Below, piece by piece: positions 1 through 13,212 of a stretch of 64,000 bases of DNA. The notes under the pieces were generated by a model. It had not been told where the DNA came from, searched no databases, and worked only from the letters and a program-made list of their open reading frames with translations. The stretch comes from Camelus dromedarius (Eukaryota), in contig NC_087436.1 in the NCBI RefSeq assembly GCF_036321535.1, positions 94,800,001 to 94,864,000 of the forward strand, read 5' to 3'. A program made the translations under genes and the position numbers. The number at the start of each line of letters is the position of its first letter. The stretch's first letter is position 1.

Positions 1-1344
1 CTCCAAGGACTGAAACATCAGCTTTGAGAATTAACATATGTGGATGTAGATTTAAGGAGGAGACAGAAGCACCAAGAACAAGAACTGACTGGGTGGAGGG
101 GGAGGAGGTGAGAGGGTTTGCTCCACTATGCTCCAGGGAGGGTGCACTTGGGCAAGTTTCGTGACCTCAGTTTCCTCACTTGCAAATAGAAAAGACTGGA
201 AAAGATGATCTCTCAGGAACTTCCTAGCTTTAGAACTCTGATTCAATAACATCCGGGAATTAGGTAAAAATGAAATAGGCAATAAAAACAACACATACCC
301 AGATCAATCATGAACCATTTTTTCTTTGCTTAAAAGCTTTCATTTTTCTCATAGAAATTCCTCATTTCTGCATTTAGGGGGTTTTATCACTGACATCCTT
401 TTCCTAAAAGATGGAAAATCCATGCCAAGAGATTTCAGTGAGATAAGTATGTTTCAGCAGGCCCTGGTTCTAGTCCATTTGGTGCTGTAGGAGAGGTGGA
501 ATGATGATACCCCTCTGCCCAAGTGCATGGCGTTTGGCCCAGGCCCTGTAGGCAGAGGTCTCTGTTCTGGAGGCCCCCTTGTGCACGTGCCCCCTGGCTG
601 GGCATGGCCTTGTTCCAGGTGCTCCTTTTGTGGATTGGGGCAACAGGATCTTGCTCTCCTTGGGGCACCTCCCTGAACACTCTCTCCTGCAGAACCTAGG
701 ATTTTTCTCCAAGCTTGTGACTTTCAAAGAGAGCTACAGTGTTGTAGAAAGATCTACCGAGAATTCCTTTATGTTTGAGTGAAATGGAACCCAGCTCTGT
801 AGGGGACAGTATCATCCTAATTTGAGCTTGTCCTCTGCTCCATTATTTCAGTCAGCCATCTGCAGATGTCACTACCTGAGTAATGGAAAAGGAATGCAGG
901 GATAAGCAGGAGTTAGAGAAATATCCAAGAGCAACAAAAATTGCCCAGCTTTGCCATTCATGGCCATTCTTTGTCTTTAGACGTTTTTGTCATTTCAGTC
1001 ATGTAGTAGAGTGAAAGGAGCACAATTTCAAGAAAAGCTCTCAGCATCTTAGACTAAAGTACTGTCGTTAAGAGAGCTTTATATGTGTCTGTCTCAGCAG
1101 TTATGTCCTTTTTAAAGGAATGAAACAGCATCTTATTGCCAATTAAGGATGTATCTACAGTCTAAAATTATTTTGTTTTCAAACTTCTATCTAAAAAGGA
1201 CAGAGAAACATTAAAAAATTTCTGTCCACATTGGACCATACAAAAGTCCAACAACAACAATAATTGTATATTCAATCAACTTCAAGTATCCTATAGCCTA
1301 AGGATTCCAAACAATTTTTAAAACTGAGCTAATGTGCAACTAAC

Positions 1345-1855
1345 CTTGAAGAATCTGGTTGAGGAAGTTCTTCATCATATAGATGGCTGTGGTATCTTCT
1401 GTTTTCACATGATTGTCCGTAAACCAGCCATTCTCAGTAATCAGGATTCGGGGATTGCCATATTCCAGTTTAATCCAGTTCAGCACTTCTCTTAAATTGA
1501 GTGACACATTTTGTCCTATTTTAGCCATGGTGTTCTGGGGCTTGAAATTGTTGGGTCCAAAGGAAAAGGCAAAGAAGTCAGCTGTGCCTCTCACCTCATT
1601 CTGCTCTGCTTCAGAGAAAAGGGGTAGAATGGAGAGCAACTTCTTTTTCATCACCTCTGGGTAGTCGCCATCCCCGTGGATAGGGTTGGCAAACCACCCG
1701 AGCACAGAAACCATGGATTGCTGGCACTTGATTATATCCATTGTGTTTTCTGATCTGTTTGGCTCAATCCAATGGGAACCCAATGTGATCGATAACCAAC
1801 CTTTCTGATGTGGGCGGAAATTTCTGTTGTAGTTATGCCAAACTTTTGAATGAGC
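1345..1855 (-). CDS. KLB: Beta-klotho coding exon 2 (511 nt), second half of the first glycoside hydrolase family 1-like (KL1) domain
   Basis: Minus strand reads ttag|GCT CAT TCA AAA GTT TGG (AHSKVW...[15 protein letters not shown]...ITENGWF...[12 protein letters not shown])|gttagt. Canonical AG/GT boundaries, phase 0 with exon 1, and the peptide matches beta-klotho as I recall it. Confidence 0.97.
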
Positions 1856-2254
1856 CTAATAAAAAGAAAACATTATTAATCGTTATTGTCCTTATACACA
1901 GGGTTGTGAGTTGGCTGGTAGAAGGTTTTTTCATGGACAAATTAATGAAGCAAAGGATGATGTAGGGGAAAGCTGCCAGGGAACCCTGATGACCTCAAAG
2001 TCTGCATGCTGTTCACTTCTCCTGTGGTTCCAACCTAAAGGATCTCCTGTAGGATCGCCAAGGGGCAGGCAGAGAGCCCTTGTGCAAGCTCCACCTTAAC
2101 TTCTCCTCTCCCTGGCTCACTTCTGGGCCCTCATGGGGCTGGGTGCAGGTGAGATACCATGTGGAATCTAGGGTTTCTTCCTCTCCATAAAGAGACTCAG
2201 AGCAGCAATCTTCCATTGTTCTACAGAGTTTTCTTTTGGCCCTCACTGAGAAGT

Positions 2255-2690
2255 CCAGGATAATACAATCTCTAAATTCTGTAAATGGATAATAATAGAG
2301 CTCATCTCTTAGGCCTGTGGTAAAAATTGAATGAGTTAATGCACTTTAGAACAGTGCCTGGCACAGAGTAACCTCTGTATAAACCTTCGCTATTATTACT
2401 GTTATTATAAAAGGGTGACAAGCATGGCACAAAATAGAAAGCCAGTGGAAATAGTGTGGGGTTTGGGGTCAGCACACTTGGGCTTGACGTTCAGTTACTA
2501 ACCATAGTGACCTTAGACAAGTCACTTAACCTTTCTGAAACCTCTTCATATCTTGAGCTATAAAATGAAGTTGAAAATAACAATACCCTATGTAAAGTTG
2601 TTGTTAGATGTAGAGCTAATGTGTGTATAGATACGTAGCATTGAATAGAGCACCTAAGAGCTATTGCTTAAACATGGATGTTATTATTAT
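2255..2690 (+). mobile_element. Two adjacent MIR SINE relics
   Basis: MIR core phrases such as ctgtaaatggataataatag, agaacagtgcctggcacagagtaa and gtgaccttagacaagtcacttaacct. Boundaries approximate. Confidence 0.7.
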
Positions 2691-2929
2691 TGGTCCTCCT
2701 GGGGTTTACATTTCTGGTTGAGCTCTCTTCACACTGAGCCTCATGATCGGTTTCCAGTCTATTTAACAGGTACTTGCTGAGCCCTTACTCAGTGCCCGTC
2801 TTGCCCTGCCCTGAGAGGCTGAAATAAATGGTGCAGGGACTTGCTCTCAGGAGCCAATAATCTTGATGGGAAAATAAGACTGAAACGTATGAAAGAGAAA
2901 TATATAAAACTGCATAAAATAAGGCAGTA

Positions 2930-3326
2930 AGTTGCCATTTGTAGCAACATGAATGGACCTAGGGGTTATCGCAGTAAGTGAAGTGAGTCAGAAAGAGAAA
3001 GACAAATATAGGTCCTTGTTGTTTATGTATTTTATGTATAGTAGCGTATATCTGTTAACCCCAAATTCCGAATTTATCCCTCCCCCTACTCCTTTCCTCT
3101 TTGGGTAATCATAAGTTTGTTTTCTATGTCTGGGAGCCTATTTCTGTTTTGGAAGTAAGTTCCTTTGTATCATTTTTTAAGATTCCATGTATGAATGATA
3201 TCATATGATATTTGCCTTTGTCTTTTTGACTCACTTCACTTAATATGATAATCTCTAGGTCCATCCATATTGCTGCAAATGGCATTATTTCATTCTTTTT
3301 TATGGCCAAGTAGTATTGCATTGTAT
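2930..3326. mobile_element. L1 ORF2-end/3'UTR fragments in opposite orientations
   Basis: 2934-3009 (+) and about 3010-3326 (-). Minus-strand translation MQYYLAIKKNEIMPFAAIWMDLEIIILSEVSQ is the L1 ORF2p C-terminus. Confidence 0.85.
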
Positions 3327-5366
3327 TTAAAGAATAGCTAATTTAAATAATCCCGTGAAAGATTTTCTAAAGAAGTAGGTGCCTCGAGATATTATTTCTA
3401 TCTACCTAGTCTTACTCAGTTTTCACCTGGAACCACTTAGCACACAAATGTTCCCCAAGGATCCTTAAGAGCGCTCTTCTCAGAGAAGTGTTCAGACCAT
3501 AGCCTCCTCTCCTGCCTCCAACCTGAGGTTCTAGCTTCTGGAAGGAATCTCAGGGGAGCCCAGGGCAGACTCGACATTAAATGGTCTCAGCTGCTCTTTC
3601 TGGGCTTCTCTGGGGCAGGAATCACAGCAGAAAGTCTTGACTGCTTTTTTCCTGATTCGAAACAAAAGCAACCATGCATTACTAGAATTCAAAGGGAGGT
3701 ATTCTTTGCTTTATCCTAATCATTTACTTAATCCCTTGGTAGCCTCAGAGCTTTCACCCGTGAAAGCTGCAGTGATTAGTACACCTCTTCAAGGTAGGTG
3801 TGCACCTCTGATGTGTAAACCATAAAGCGCTGAACACACGTAAGATTCTGAGCCATAGACAGCTGCCTCACAGATACGATGCCATCAGACACTAAAGGGA
3901 GAGTGAGATAAAATCAGTGTAAGTGTATTAAACCAGTCTTAGTAGCAATTACCTGGTTCTTATAGGAAAAAAAAGGAGGGGGGAATTTCTTTAAAATAGG
4001 TGTTCTATTGCATATTTCAGTGATTATACGAAAGATGACTTAAATGATAAAATCTTGGTTACATCAGCACTTTGATGAGGAAAAGGACAGCTTAGAAGAC
4101 AACAGACATGTACCTTTGCAATAGCTTTCCAAGCAAGTTTTCTGGAGATAGATCTCTCTCCAGATACACATATGCATGTGTTGTCATGAACCAAGGTGAC
4201 CTTCGTGTTCCGCCATGTCTCTTTCACCTTTGCTGCTATTTGCATAGGCTATCAAGGTATGTAGGGTTATCTTTGCTCTGGGGTGGAGACAGCCTCTCCA
4301 TTCTCAGGTAGAGAATGTAAGGGAAGTTTTTTGTGCAGCACTTATGGTTATAACTTGATCCTGTTTGCCACGTAACAGTGTAAAAAGTGTTGCTCCGAAA
4401 TAGTGAATTTGTCATAACTCTTGATGAAACAGGGACATCTCTGTGTGTCCTTTGGTCCTATATTCATAAAGGAGATCTGCTGGGAAAATTGAAACGGAGT
4501 TGTGGGGGAGTGCAACCTGGGCCCTGCAACCTTGCACAACAGTCATTCTGTGATTTTCCAAGGTTACCCTCTATCTTGTACAAGGCCATCTACCTTTGGA
4601 ATGATTGATTTAAGGGAGCTTCAACCTTTGTTCTTTAGATTCAGTAGCTTAAAGGGGAAGTCAGCCTTTTCTTTTTGAGGCAGATAGCAGGGCCTGATGT
4701 CACTGAGAGACAGCCAGGGGCCTAAAATCTCATTCTGTTCCCTCCTCTAATCTAACATAGCAGCTCTTTGATGCTTCTGGAAGTCCAGACTCAGATAAGT
4801 TCTATGGATGATAGGAAGCAAATAAGATAGCTGGACAACTTTAGAAACAAAGATGTAGAAGGGGTTAGAGGTCAGGAAGACATGGAAGGGACACTGGTGG
4901 AAGGGAGGATTTTGGAAGGCATGGTTGAAGACACCTAGCACATCACGCGTGTCTGTATTGAAGGAACCCCTGATCATTTGTCAAAAATTGAATTTCCAAA
5001 ACTATGCATGATTTTAGTCACATTTTGGCTGAAATATTGTCATGTGAACTATAAACCTGTTTACTGTTAAAGCTACTTAATAAAGTAAAAATTTACTTTA
5101 AAACTCCACAATCTTAAAAAACTGTATTTCTGTGTTCCCTTCCAGCTTTTCCAAATATATTTCCCAGCTAAAATCAGCTTGACATTTTCCAGGTTATTTT
5201 TTGTCTTTATGACAATCTTAAGAGTATAACAATTCACCAATTTGATGAAATATGATGTTCTTAGTCATCTCCCTCTTTTGATAAAAATTAGCTTGGCTTC
5301 TTTTCCTTCCTTCCTTCCTTCCTTTCTTCCTTCCTTCTGTCCTGTCATAAATAATGTTGTAATAAC

Positions 5367-5712
5367 AAAAACAAACAAACAAACAAACAAACAAAAACAA
5401 AGCGTAAATACAGGACAGAAATAGACTTACAGACAGAGAATACAGACTTGTGGTTGCCAGCAGGGTGGAGGGTGGGATGGGATAGACTGGGATTTCAAAA
5501 TTGTAGAATAGATAAACAAGATTACACTGTATAGCACAGGGAAATATACACAAAATGTTATGATAACTCAGAGAGAAAAAAATGTGACAATGAGTGTGTA
5601 TATATCCATGAATGACTGAAAAATTGTGCTGAACACTGGAATTTGACACAACATTGTAAAATGATTATAAATCAGTAAAAAATGTTAAAAAAACAAAAAC
5701 AAACAAACAAAA
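5367..5712 (+). mobile_element. 5'-truncated young L1 (3'UTR) with perfect TSD
   Basis: L1-type 3'UTR (ctgtatagcacagggaaa...gacacaacattgtaaa) with A-rich tail. 18-bp TSD AAATAATGTTGTAATAAC at 5349-5366 and 5713-5730. Confidence 0.88.
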
Positions 5713-5752
5713 AAATAATGTTGTAATAACTAACTTTGGGCATATAGCTTTT

Positions 5753-6194
5753 TTTTTTCTTTCCACGTTTTTATTTATTTACTTTTCAATAAGTCTGAAT
5801 CCCTGAGGTGTACAGCATCACATGGATTCTGTGTCCAATGGCTTCAACAAGAAGGTTGCTTCGGAATTTGGCACGAACAATGCCACTGTTTCCATGAGCA
5901 CGAGTTAGTCACCTTTCCCCAGATTACTCTGGTTTTGTTCAGTTTTCCACCAGGAGTTACTGTGTTATTCTTTGCTTTGTACACATAAGTACATCTCTTG
6001 CCTGGATTGAATTCAGTTTCATCTCGAGTATAAACACCTTCAACTTTAAGAAGAGCTGTGTGCTCCCTCTGGTTCCGGAGACCCCTCTTATAGCCAGCAC
6101 AAATGGCCTTGGACCACAGCCTTCCAGACACATTCACTGTTCTGGAAGTCCTCTTCCCAGCAGGACTCTGCCCTCTCCAAGATGGCTGAAAGAG
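5753..6194 (-). pseudogene. RPL35A: Full-length processed pseudogene of ribosomal protein L35a
   Basis: Intronless [65 protein letters not shown]. Start codon reads GTG and there is a frameshift near 5905. 5' TOP-like CTCTTTC, AATAAA at 5770-5779, poly(A) remnant, and a 16-bp TSD TGGGCATATAGCTTTT at 5737-5752 and 6195-6210. Confidence 0.95.
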
Positions 6195-7176
6195 TGGGCA
6201 TATAGCTTTTGATATGTTTGAATTCTTTCCTTCTTTTAATCCCAGGAAAGGGTTACATATTTTTGGAATTGTTTTACATATTTCCAAATATGTAAGTGTA
6301 AGTGATTTTTGACATCTGCTTTGAATCATTGATTGCTCTTTTGGGGAATAATTTAGCCATCAAGAATGATATGAAGGTGCTAGTCTCCTGCAGGGTATCA
6401 CAGGGGACAGGGCCCAGGGCTTGAAAGCAGGACACCCAGGCTCTAGCACTGGCCCTGCCACTAATTAGCTTTAGATCTTGGGTAAGTCGTTTCCCTCTCA
6501 GCGGCCTCGGTTCCCTCCTCCATCATACTGAGCTAAAAATAAACACTAGAGAATTGCTGTGAAAATGGAATGAGGTAATACATGTAAAGACCCTATGAAA
6601 ACCACACAAACCTAAATTTGAAGTATTTTGAAAGAGCAAGCTGGAAAGTATTTAACTTGCTGTGGAAAACGATTGCGGGAAGTCTGTGTGGGCAGGAAGA
6701 GAGGATCTCCAGATAGTTCTCCCTCACCTCCCAGGGCGCATGGCTCACATTTTCATCCTCATTTATCTTTGTGCAGCTGATTTAAGTTTGTTCATTGTCC
6801 ATTCGGGCTAGGATTAAATTTCAGTTTGATTTATTTTTTCGTTTACTCAGCACTTCTTTATATTATGAAGTCTTCTACTAATTATAACTGCTACTGTTCC
6901 AGATTATTTAATATTCACTCATTCATTCATTCATTCCGCATTCCACAAATATGTATTGGGTGCTTAGGATATATGAACTTTGTTCATTGTTAAAAAAAAA
7001 TCATGTGACACTTATTTCCTTAATTTTTTTTTTTGACAGTCTTAAAAATGCTCTTGGAATCAATATCTGACCCTCATTATTCTTAGGAGAGAATTTAAAT
7101 ATTAACAAAAGTTACTACCTATCATAAAGAAAAAATTTACCCATTCTATTTTTAATGGTTCAAATTCATGTTTTCT

Positions 7177-7462
7177 TTTTTTTTTATTAAAATTTTTTTA
7201 AAATTTGAAGTATATAGTCAGTTTACAATGTGTCAATTTCTGGTCTACAGCATAATGTTTCAGTCATATATATACATACATATATTCATTTCATATTCTT
7301 TTTCATTACAGGTTACTACAAAATATTGAATATAGTTTCCTGTGCTATACAGTAGAAACTTGCTGTTTATCTATTTTATATATACTAGTTGGTATCTGTA
7401 AATCCTAAAATCCCAATTTATCCCTTCCCACTGTCTGTGAGTCTGTGAGTCTGTTTCTGCTT
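7177..7462 (-). mobile_element. 5'-truncated L1 3'UTR with TSD
   Basis: T tract followed by the reverse complement of a related L1 tail. TSD AAATTCATGTTTTCT at 7162-7176 and 7463-7477. Confidence 0.87.
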
Positions 7463-10400
7463 AAATTCATGTTTTCTATAGTTGGAATAACTCAGTAATG
7501 GTCATATTAAAATTCATTTTCCTCCTATTTTCTTTTAAATCATTATATTTTCAACTTATTCTAGCAAATCGATTGTTCTCGATTTGTGTAGTTTCAGGAT
7601 TTCCCCATGGGAATCAGGTAAAAACTAAGCTCTAACATACTTGTTCCTTCAAAAAAGGGTCCTATTACTGTTACAGAACTCTAATTTCAATTATAATATT
7701 ACTAAATTAAACTAATGCCCAAGCCAGAATCTAAACCTGGCAACACAAAGGAAAGAAGTCCAGAATAAAGTTTACAATTTATTAAAATGAAGCATCTGTG
7801 GGTTTCCCTAGATATTAGAAGGGAGCTTGGAAGAAATCAGTATCAGTAAATTGGTACCTTACTGAAGTTCAGTTTCCTTGCCCAAGGAGCACATTTGCAT
7901 GCCAACTCTGCAGAAAGTGGAATGACATTTTAAGCTTTCTTGTTATTGTTAAATTAACAATAGTGATCCTGTTAGTAATTTTTTTTTCAGGCAAAAGGAC
8001 CACATCTCAAAGTATAATTGAAGCTAAAATGGCCTGGGTTAGAGACTTGAAGGCTTTCCTCAGGATTTAAGAACGAAAAGTTAAAGATAGTCAATATAGA
8101 AACCACTCTGAAAATTACAAATAATATAATAATTACAAAAACAAAAATAAGACCTACCATTTTGGGGCCTGCAACAAAGGCAGATTTACCATAAACCTAA
8201 GGAAGCTGAAACTTCAGGCCCCCCCCCCCCTTGCCTGGGTCCCCATGAAAGATGCTAGGTGGGTTGGGAGCCAGGCAGTGACTGGAAACATTTCTAGGTA
8301 AGTATTTCTGATAAATTCCCAAAGGGACCTCAGAAAATAAGGAGTCTGAATCTCCAAGACTACAGTAATTTGTGGTAATATTTTTCTCCCTTCTAAATAG
8401 ATGTTTACTTCTGTACCAACTTTCATGTCCATGATTTTGTATTTTTTTCTTTATGTAAGTCTCAGGCCCATGCAACATGATCCACTCCCAGCCTACAAGC
8501 TTCTGCAGTGCAGAGACTCTGTTTTGTTCACAGTTGCACATTCGGATGCCCAGGGAAGAGCCTTGATAGAACACTGCTGACTGAATGCCCACTATGGAGC
8601 AGCTGGTTTGTTGGTCGCCTGACATATACATTGTTGATAGTATGGCCTCTGCAAAGCAGGTTTTGTTTTTCCCAGTTTAGAGAAGAAACTGAAGTTCAGA
8701 GAGGCTGGATAGTGGTGCAGTCAGGATTTGAATCCAGGCCCCTCTGATTATTTAACAAAACCATCTTGCTTTCTGTATGTCACATCACTTTTAAATGTTG
8801 AAGCTGTTGGGGAAAGGCCATTTGACATGAACCACAACGTATTGTTATAAAATTATAGTTTCTTTCTGCTGTATTTGGTTACTAAAAGAACTAAACAGTC
8901 CTAGAATGAGGGTACAATATCCCACTCTTGCATGTTGAGAATAAAATATCTATATGTGTCTGGAATTTAGGATCACTTAGAAAATCCATGGACGATCTGC
9001 CAGCAAATTGGGGGTGTTCAGAAAACCATGCTGTTGTCCAAGTGCCTAGTACAGCATGTAATGTTTATATGTAATTCCCTGCATCTCTTTCTTAGAACCA
9101 GAACTGTTGACATTGGATATTGTCCTCACTGGTGTCAGAGGCTAAATGTATCCCTTAGGGGCCACTTCTACACTTGGCTGTTTTGACTGAGGATGGTGAT
9201 TTTTATGTCAGACTGAAAGGGCAGGGATGCTGTGGTTGCATAGCATTTAGTACAGCATCACCTTCAAAGAAGTCATAATTAAATGGTCCTTAAAGATGAG
9301 TGACTTCACGATTAAGTCAAATTTATATTAGTTAAATTACAAAGCCATAGAAAATTAATAACATAAGCAGTAATAAGAATGAACATATATCTAGTGCTAA
9401 ACATGCTGAGCACTGTTCTAAGCACTTTCCATGTACTATCTCATTTAATCCTCATTAAAATCTTGAGAGGTAAGTACAATTATTATACTTTTGGAGGAGA
9501 GGAAACCAAGAGTAGAGAGGTAAGGTAGCTTGTTCACAAGCTAAGTCAAGCCCAGGCTGTGTTGTTTCAAGTTCTGTGTTCTTGCCTGTTAATCAGAAGT
9601 AGAGGATGGACTTTAGAGAACATTTGGTCCAATTCTTAAAACTCTCTATTAGATGCTGATAAGATGCTGAAGCACAAGGCATAAGCAACTTGCCCAAGGT
9701 CTCAGCTAATGCAAAACTAAAATTAGAACTAAATCCTTCAGCCTCTAGATCATTGTCATTTCCAGACATTATACACCTCAAATTTTGTGCTTTTGAAACA
9801 CACTTTAACATCTTAGGCTCAACGGGTGATTGAATAGCCTGTGAAAGTGCAAGGGGTATGTACCAGGTGTGGCATAAAAACGAGGGCCAGTGCACTGAGA
9901 AAGCCATGTCACAGAGTTTGGGTGCCAGGAGCACACTAAGAGGCCATCTGAGAGTCATGGTTTTGATTATGCCTCTATCCAGGCTCACCAGCTGGGGCAC
10001 CACCTCAGTCCCCAGTCAGACAGAGAATTCATCAGCATTACCTTCTGTTCTGATGAATTTTTTCCCCTCATAGAAATTATACACAACAGCAAAACAAGTT
10101 TAGAGAAATCATTTTTACTTAATCATTTTCCTTCAACCCATGGCTATTATTTTATATTTTTATTCACTCTTCATTCATTTTATGTTGGTTAACTGCTTAA
10201 ATTCAAGTCTACAAATACTTATTTGACACACGGCACCTTGGTAGGCATTTAGGAAAAATATTAACAAGATAGCTCCTGCCTTCAGATGACCTATGACCTC
10301 TAATAGGATAGAGAAGTACAGAAATACCTAGAAGAAAAACAGTACACTTTTACATTTCAACTAATCAGAAATGATCACCAACGCTTAATGTAATCATATG

Positions 10401-12423
10401 ATTCAAAGTGTGTAAAAATATGTCTATATGTATGTGCTTATATATACATTGAAAAATATTTGGAATTGAACAAGCTTCTGCTTCTTGGGTATGGGGTTAG
10501 GAAATAAGAAAAGAGGAGACCTTTCATTTTTAACTTTACATCTTTCTGTATTGTTTGAATGTTTTACAGTAAGAATGCATTATTTTTGAAATTTAAAAAA
10601 GTCAAGAGAACTGGTTGAAACAGATGGTTTCCATCAGTGAATTTAATTGCTCTATGCTAAGTCTCCTCACTTTCTCCAAAGTTCTGAAAATCTCAAAGGG
10701 AAAAACAGAAACTTAAATAGAAATTCAGTTATTCTGGAGTTCATTACATATTAAAGAATATTTTTCCTACTCCGGAATAATATATTGATATTCAAAGGTA
10801 AAAGGAGGAGACGTATAATACACATGTGATTAACTTGGAAGGAGAACTGATAACAGTAAACCCAGCCCTTTATTTAAGGCTTAGTCATATAATCTCTAGT
10901 CAAGATATGATGCTATAAAGAACCAATCAATGGAATCTCCAAATACTAAAAGATCCTGGTTTTCACCAACTTCAAGGCTCCCCTAAACAATTTTCAAGCA
11001 GCACTATTAGGTCACCTGGAAAAATCACTTTAATTACTTCTGTGATTCACTCTTTACTGGCTAGTAAATTGAAAGGTTCTGATCTATTCTCAGCATGCCT
11101 CTACTCTTCAGCAACAGAATTGCTGTTAATGTTCAATAATTTTAACTACTTCTTTTTCTTTTAATATGGACTATTTTCTAATGTTGTGTTTTCTTAGTAA
11201 GATTTTTTATATGCAATTAAGTGACACACGTATTATAAACTAGTGTACTAACACTGTTTCCATTACTTACAATATTTTCTGCTCTCCAGTTGGGCCTAAT
11301 TTTTCATGTATGAGAGTGTTCATATCAAATCAAGCTGTTTAAATACAATCACAATGTTATTCTCTGAACATGTATAATTACATTTATTTAAACTTGTTAA
11401 TCATTCACTGAAGCATAATTTTTCTACTTAATGATTAGAAAAGGTAAATACTACTTTCTTTAAGGTTTTAGAATACCAATTGTCATCTACAAATAGTTTT
11501 TTTACAAGACTCTTACGTCTAACAATGGTATTCTGGTTATTGAAACTGTCTTTGGCAATTCTTATCTGGAAGCCATTTTTATTTTTTATTCAAATTTGAT
11601 TAGAAACATCTATAAAATTGCTAGTGTTAACTTGTTTGATCATTATTTCCTCTATTTTGCTAGAGGTGACTTAGGTCCCAATGAAGATGAGTTGGGACTT
11701 TTATGGGACACTAAAATTTTGAGCAAATAAAAATTAAAATCATAGGGACAAATGAAAAACTTCATGGTTAATATATGAGTCAGGGATCAGTTGTTCATAG
11801 ACTTTGTGGACAAATAAAACATGTAGATAGATTGCTTTGATCTTTAAAGTGGAGTCAAATGTTGATTGAATCAGTATCAACACAAGTGACTGCCTTGGGG
11901 TTCTAGGCTGTAAATTGCCCTTTCTCGCTGAGGCTAGGGAGATGATTCACGTGATTAAGCGTAGTCGGCTTGGATTCAGACAGATGAAATTTAAATTTTG
12001 GGTCTGACACTACGGAGTGAAAAAGCACACTTATACAGCTGTGTAACTTCAGGCAGATTTCTCTAGGCTTCCATTTCAATTGTAAAATAACTAAGAATAC
12101 CTACTTGGCAGGGTTGATGTAAGAATTAAATGAGATAACATGTGAAAAGTAGCAAGTAGTTTCTGACACTACAATAGATGTGCAATAAAATCTTCTTATA
12201 ATAATAATTATTTTAAGAATAGTATGATAGAATGTCAAAAAGTTATCTGTAATAATTGTCTCAATTCTCCACTTTAAGAACTGAGACCAATCTCTATCCG
12301 TTATTCTCCCCATTTCTGTGTTCTTCTTTTGTTTGTTTGGTGTTGGATGGGAAGTGGTGGAAAATAGCAAGTAAGTTTTTTTTTTAATCTCATTGACAGA
12401 AAAGCTTGGGCTGGTTTTTTTTT

Positions 12424-12450
12424 TTGTTGTTGTTGTTGTTGTTGTTGTTT
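12424..12450. repeat. (GTT)n microsatellite
   Basis: gttgttgttgtt... run following a poly-T tract. Confidence 0.9.
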
Positions 12451-13173
12451 TGCTACAAGATTTAGCAAAAGCTGATTTTGGTACGTTATTGTCCTGCAAC
12501 TCAACTTTAACAAAGGAGTTTTTAAAAATTCCTTTGTTTTTTTTCATGGAAAAAAAAAGATCCACTTCAGATGATCCTTGAAGATTTTGCTCCTCCCCAA
12601 CCAAAACAAGCTAAAAAAGACCCCTGCTAGTAACTCCATTTCAAAATATTATACTTCGTCTTTAAGATATCGGTTGAGAGTTGGGCTGAAGAGGTTTAAA
12701 AATGACATTTATTCCATTTAAATATGCCTGTGAAAAACTGCAGCCTTCCTGTTCAAGAAAGCAGTTGCAGCCGTCTGTTTCCAAAGAAGGCTTAGCTATA
12801 AATCATGTGAATGGTGGCTTTTTCACAGCTGTTTTTGCAGTTTTAGCACTAAATTTTGGTTAAGAATTTCAACAGAGATCTTAAGAAGTGTACTAAATAA
12901 AGATGATTGTTTTCTTTTAAAAATACAAAATATTCTTTTTACTTTCTTATGTATTTTTAACCTTTTAATTGTGAAAATTGTCACAGCACATAAAAATAGA
13001 AAGAATAGTATAATGACAACTCATAGTACATCACTCAGCTTTGAGAGTAGTCAATGTTCTGCACTTTGTTTTGAGATGGGCTTTTAATGTACAATTTTTA
13101 ATAGAAGCAGGTATACACAATTGATTTGCATGTTCTGAAAAGATTATATGTTTATGCCAGAATCCGGGTTGGG

Positions 13174-13212
13174 GTGTGTGTTTGTGTGTGTGTGTGTGTG
13201 TGTGTATGTGTG
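13174..13212. repeat. (GT)n microsatellite, interrupted
   Basis: Seen directly in the sequence. Confidence 0.9.

Noticed and set aside
5844..6329. 161-aa ORF as a functional RPL35A gene
   Set aside because: Native ATG lost, frameshift near 5905, several substitutions relative to the recalled RPL35A sequence, and TSD plus poly(A) hallmarks of a retrocopy.
12101..12604. ORFs with poly-T, poly-Q or poly-V runs
   Set aside because: Artefacts of the (GTT)n microsatellite and adjacent MIR.
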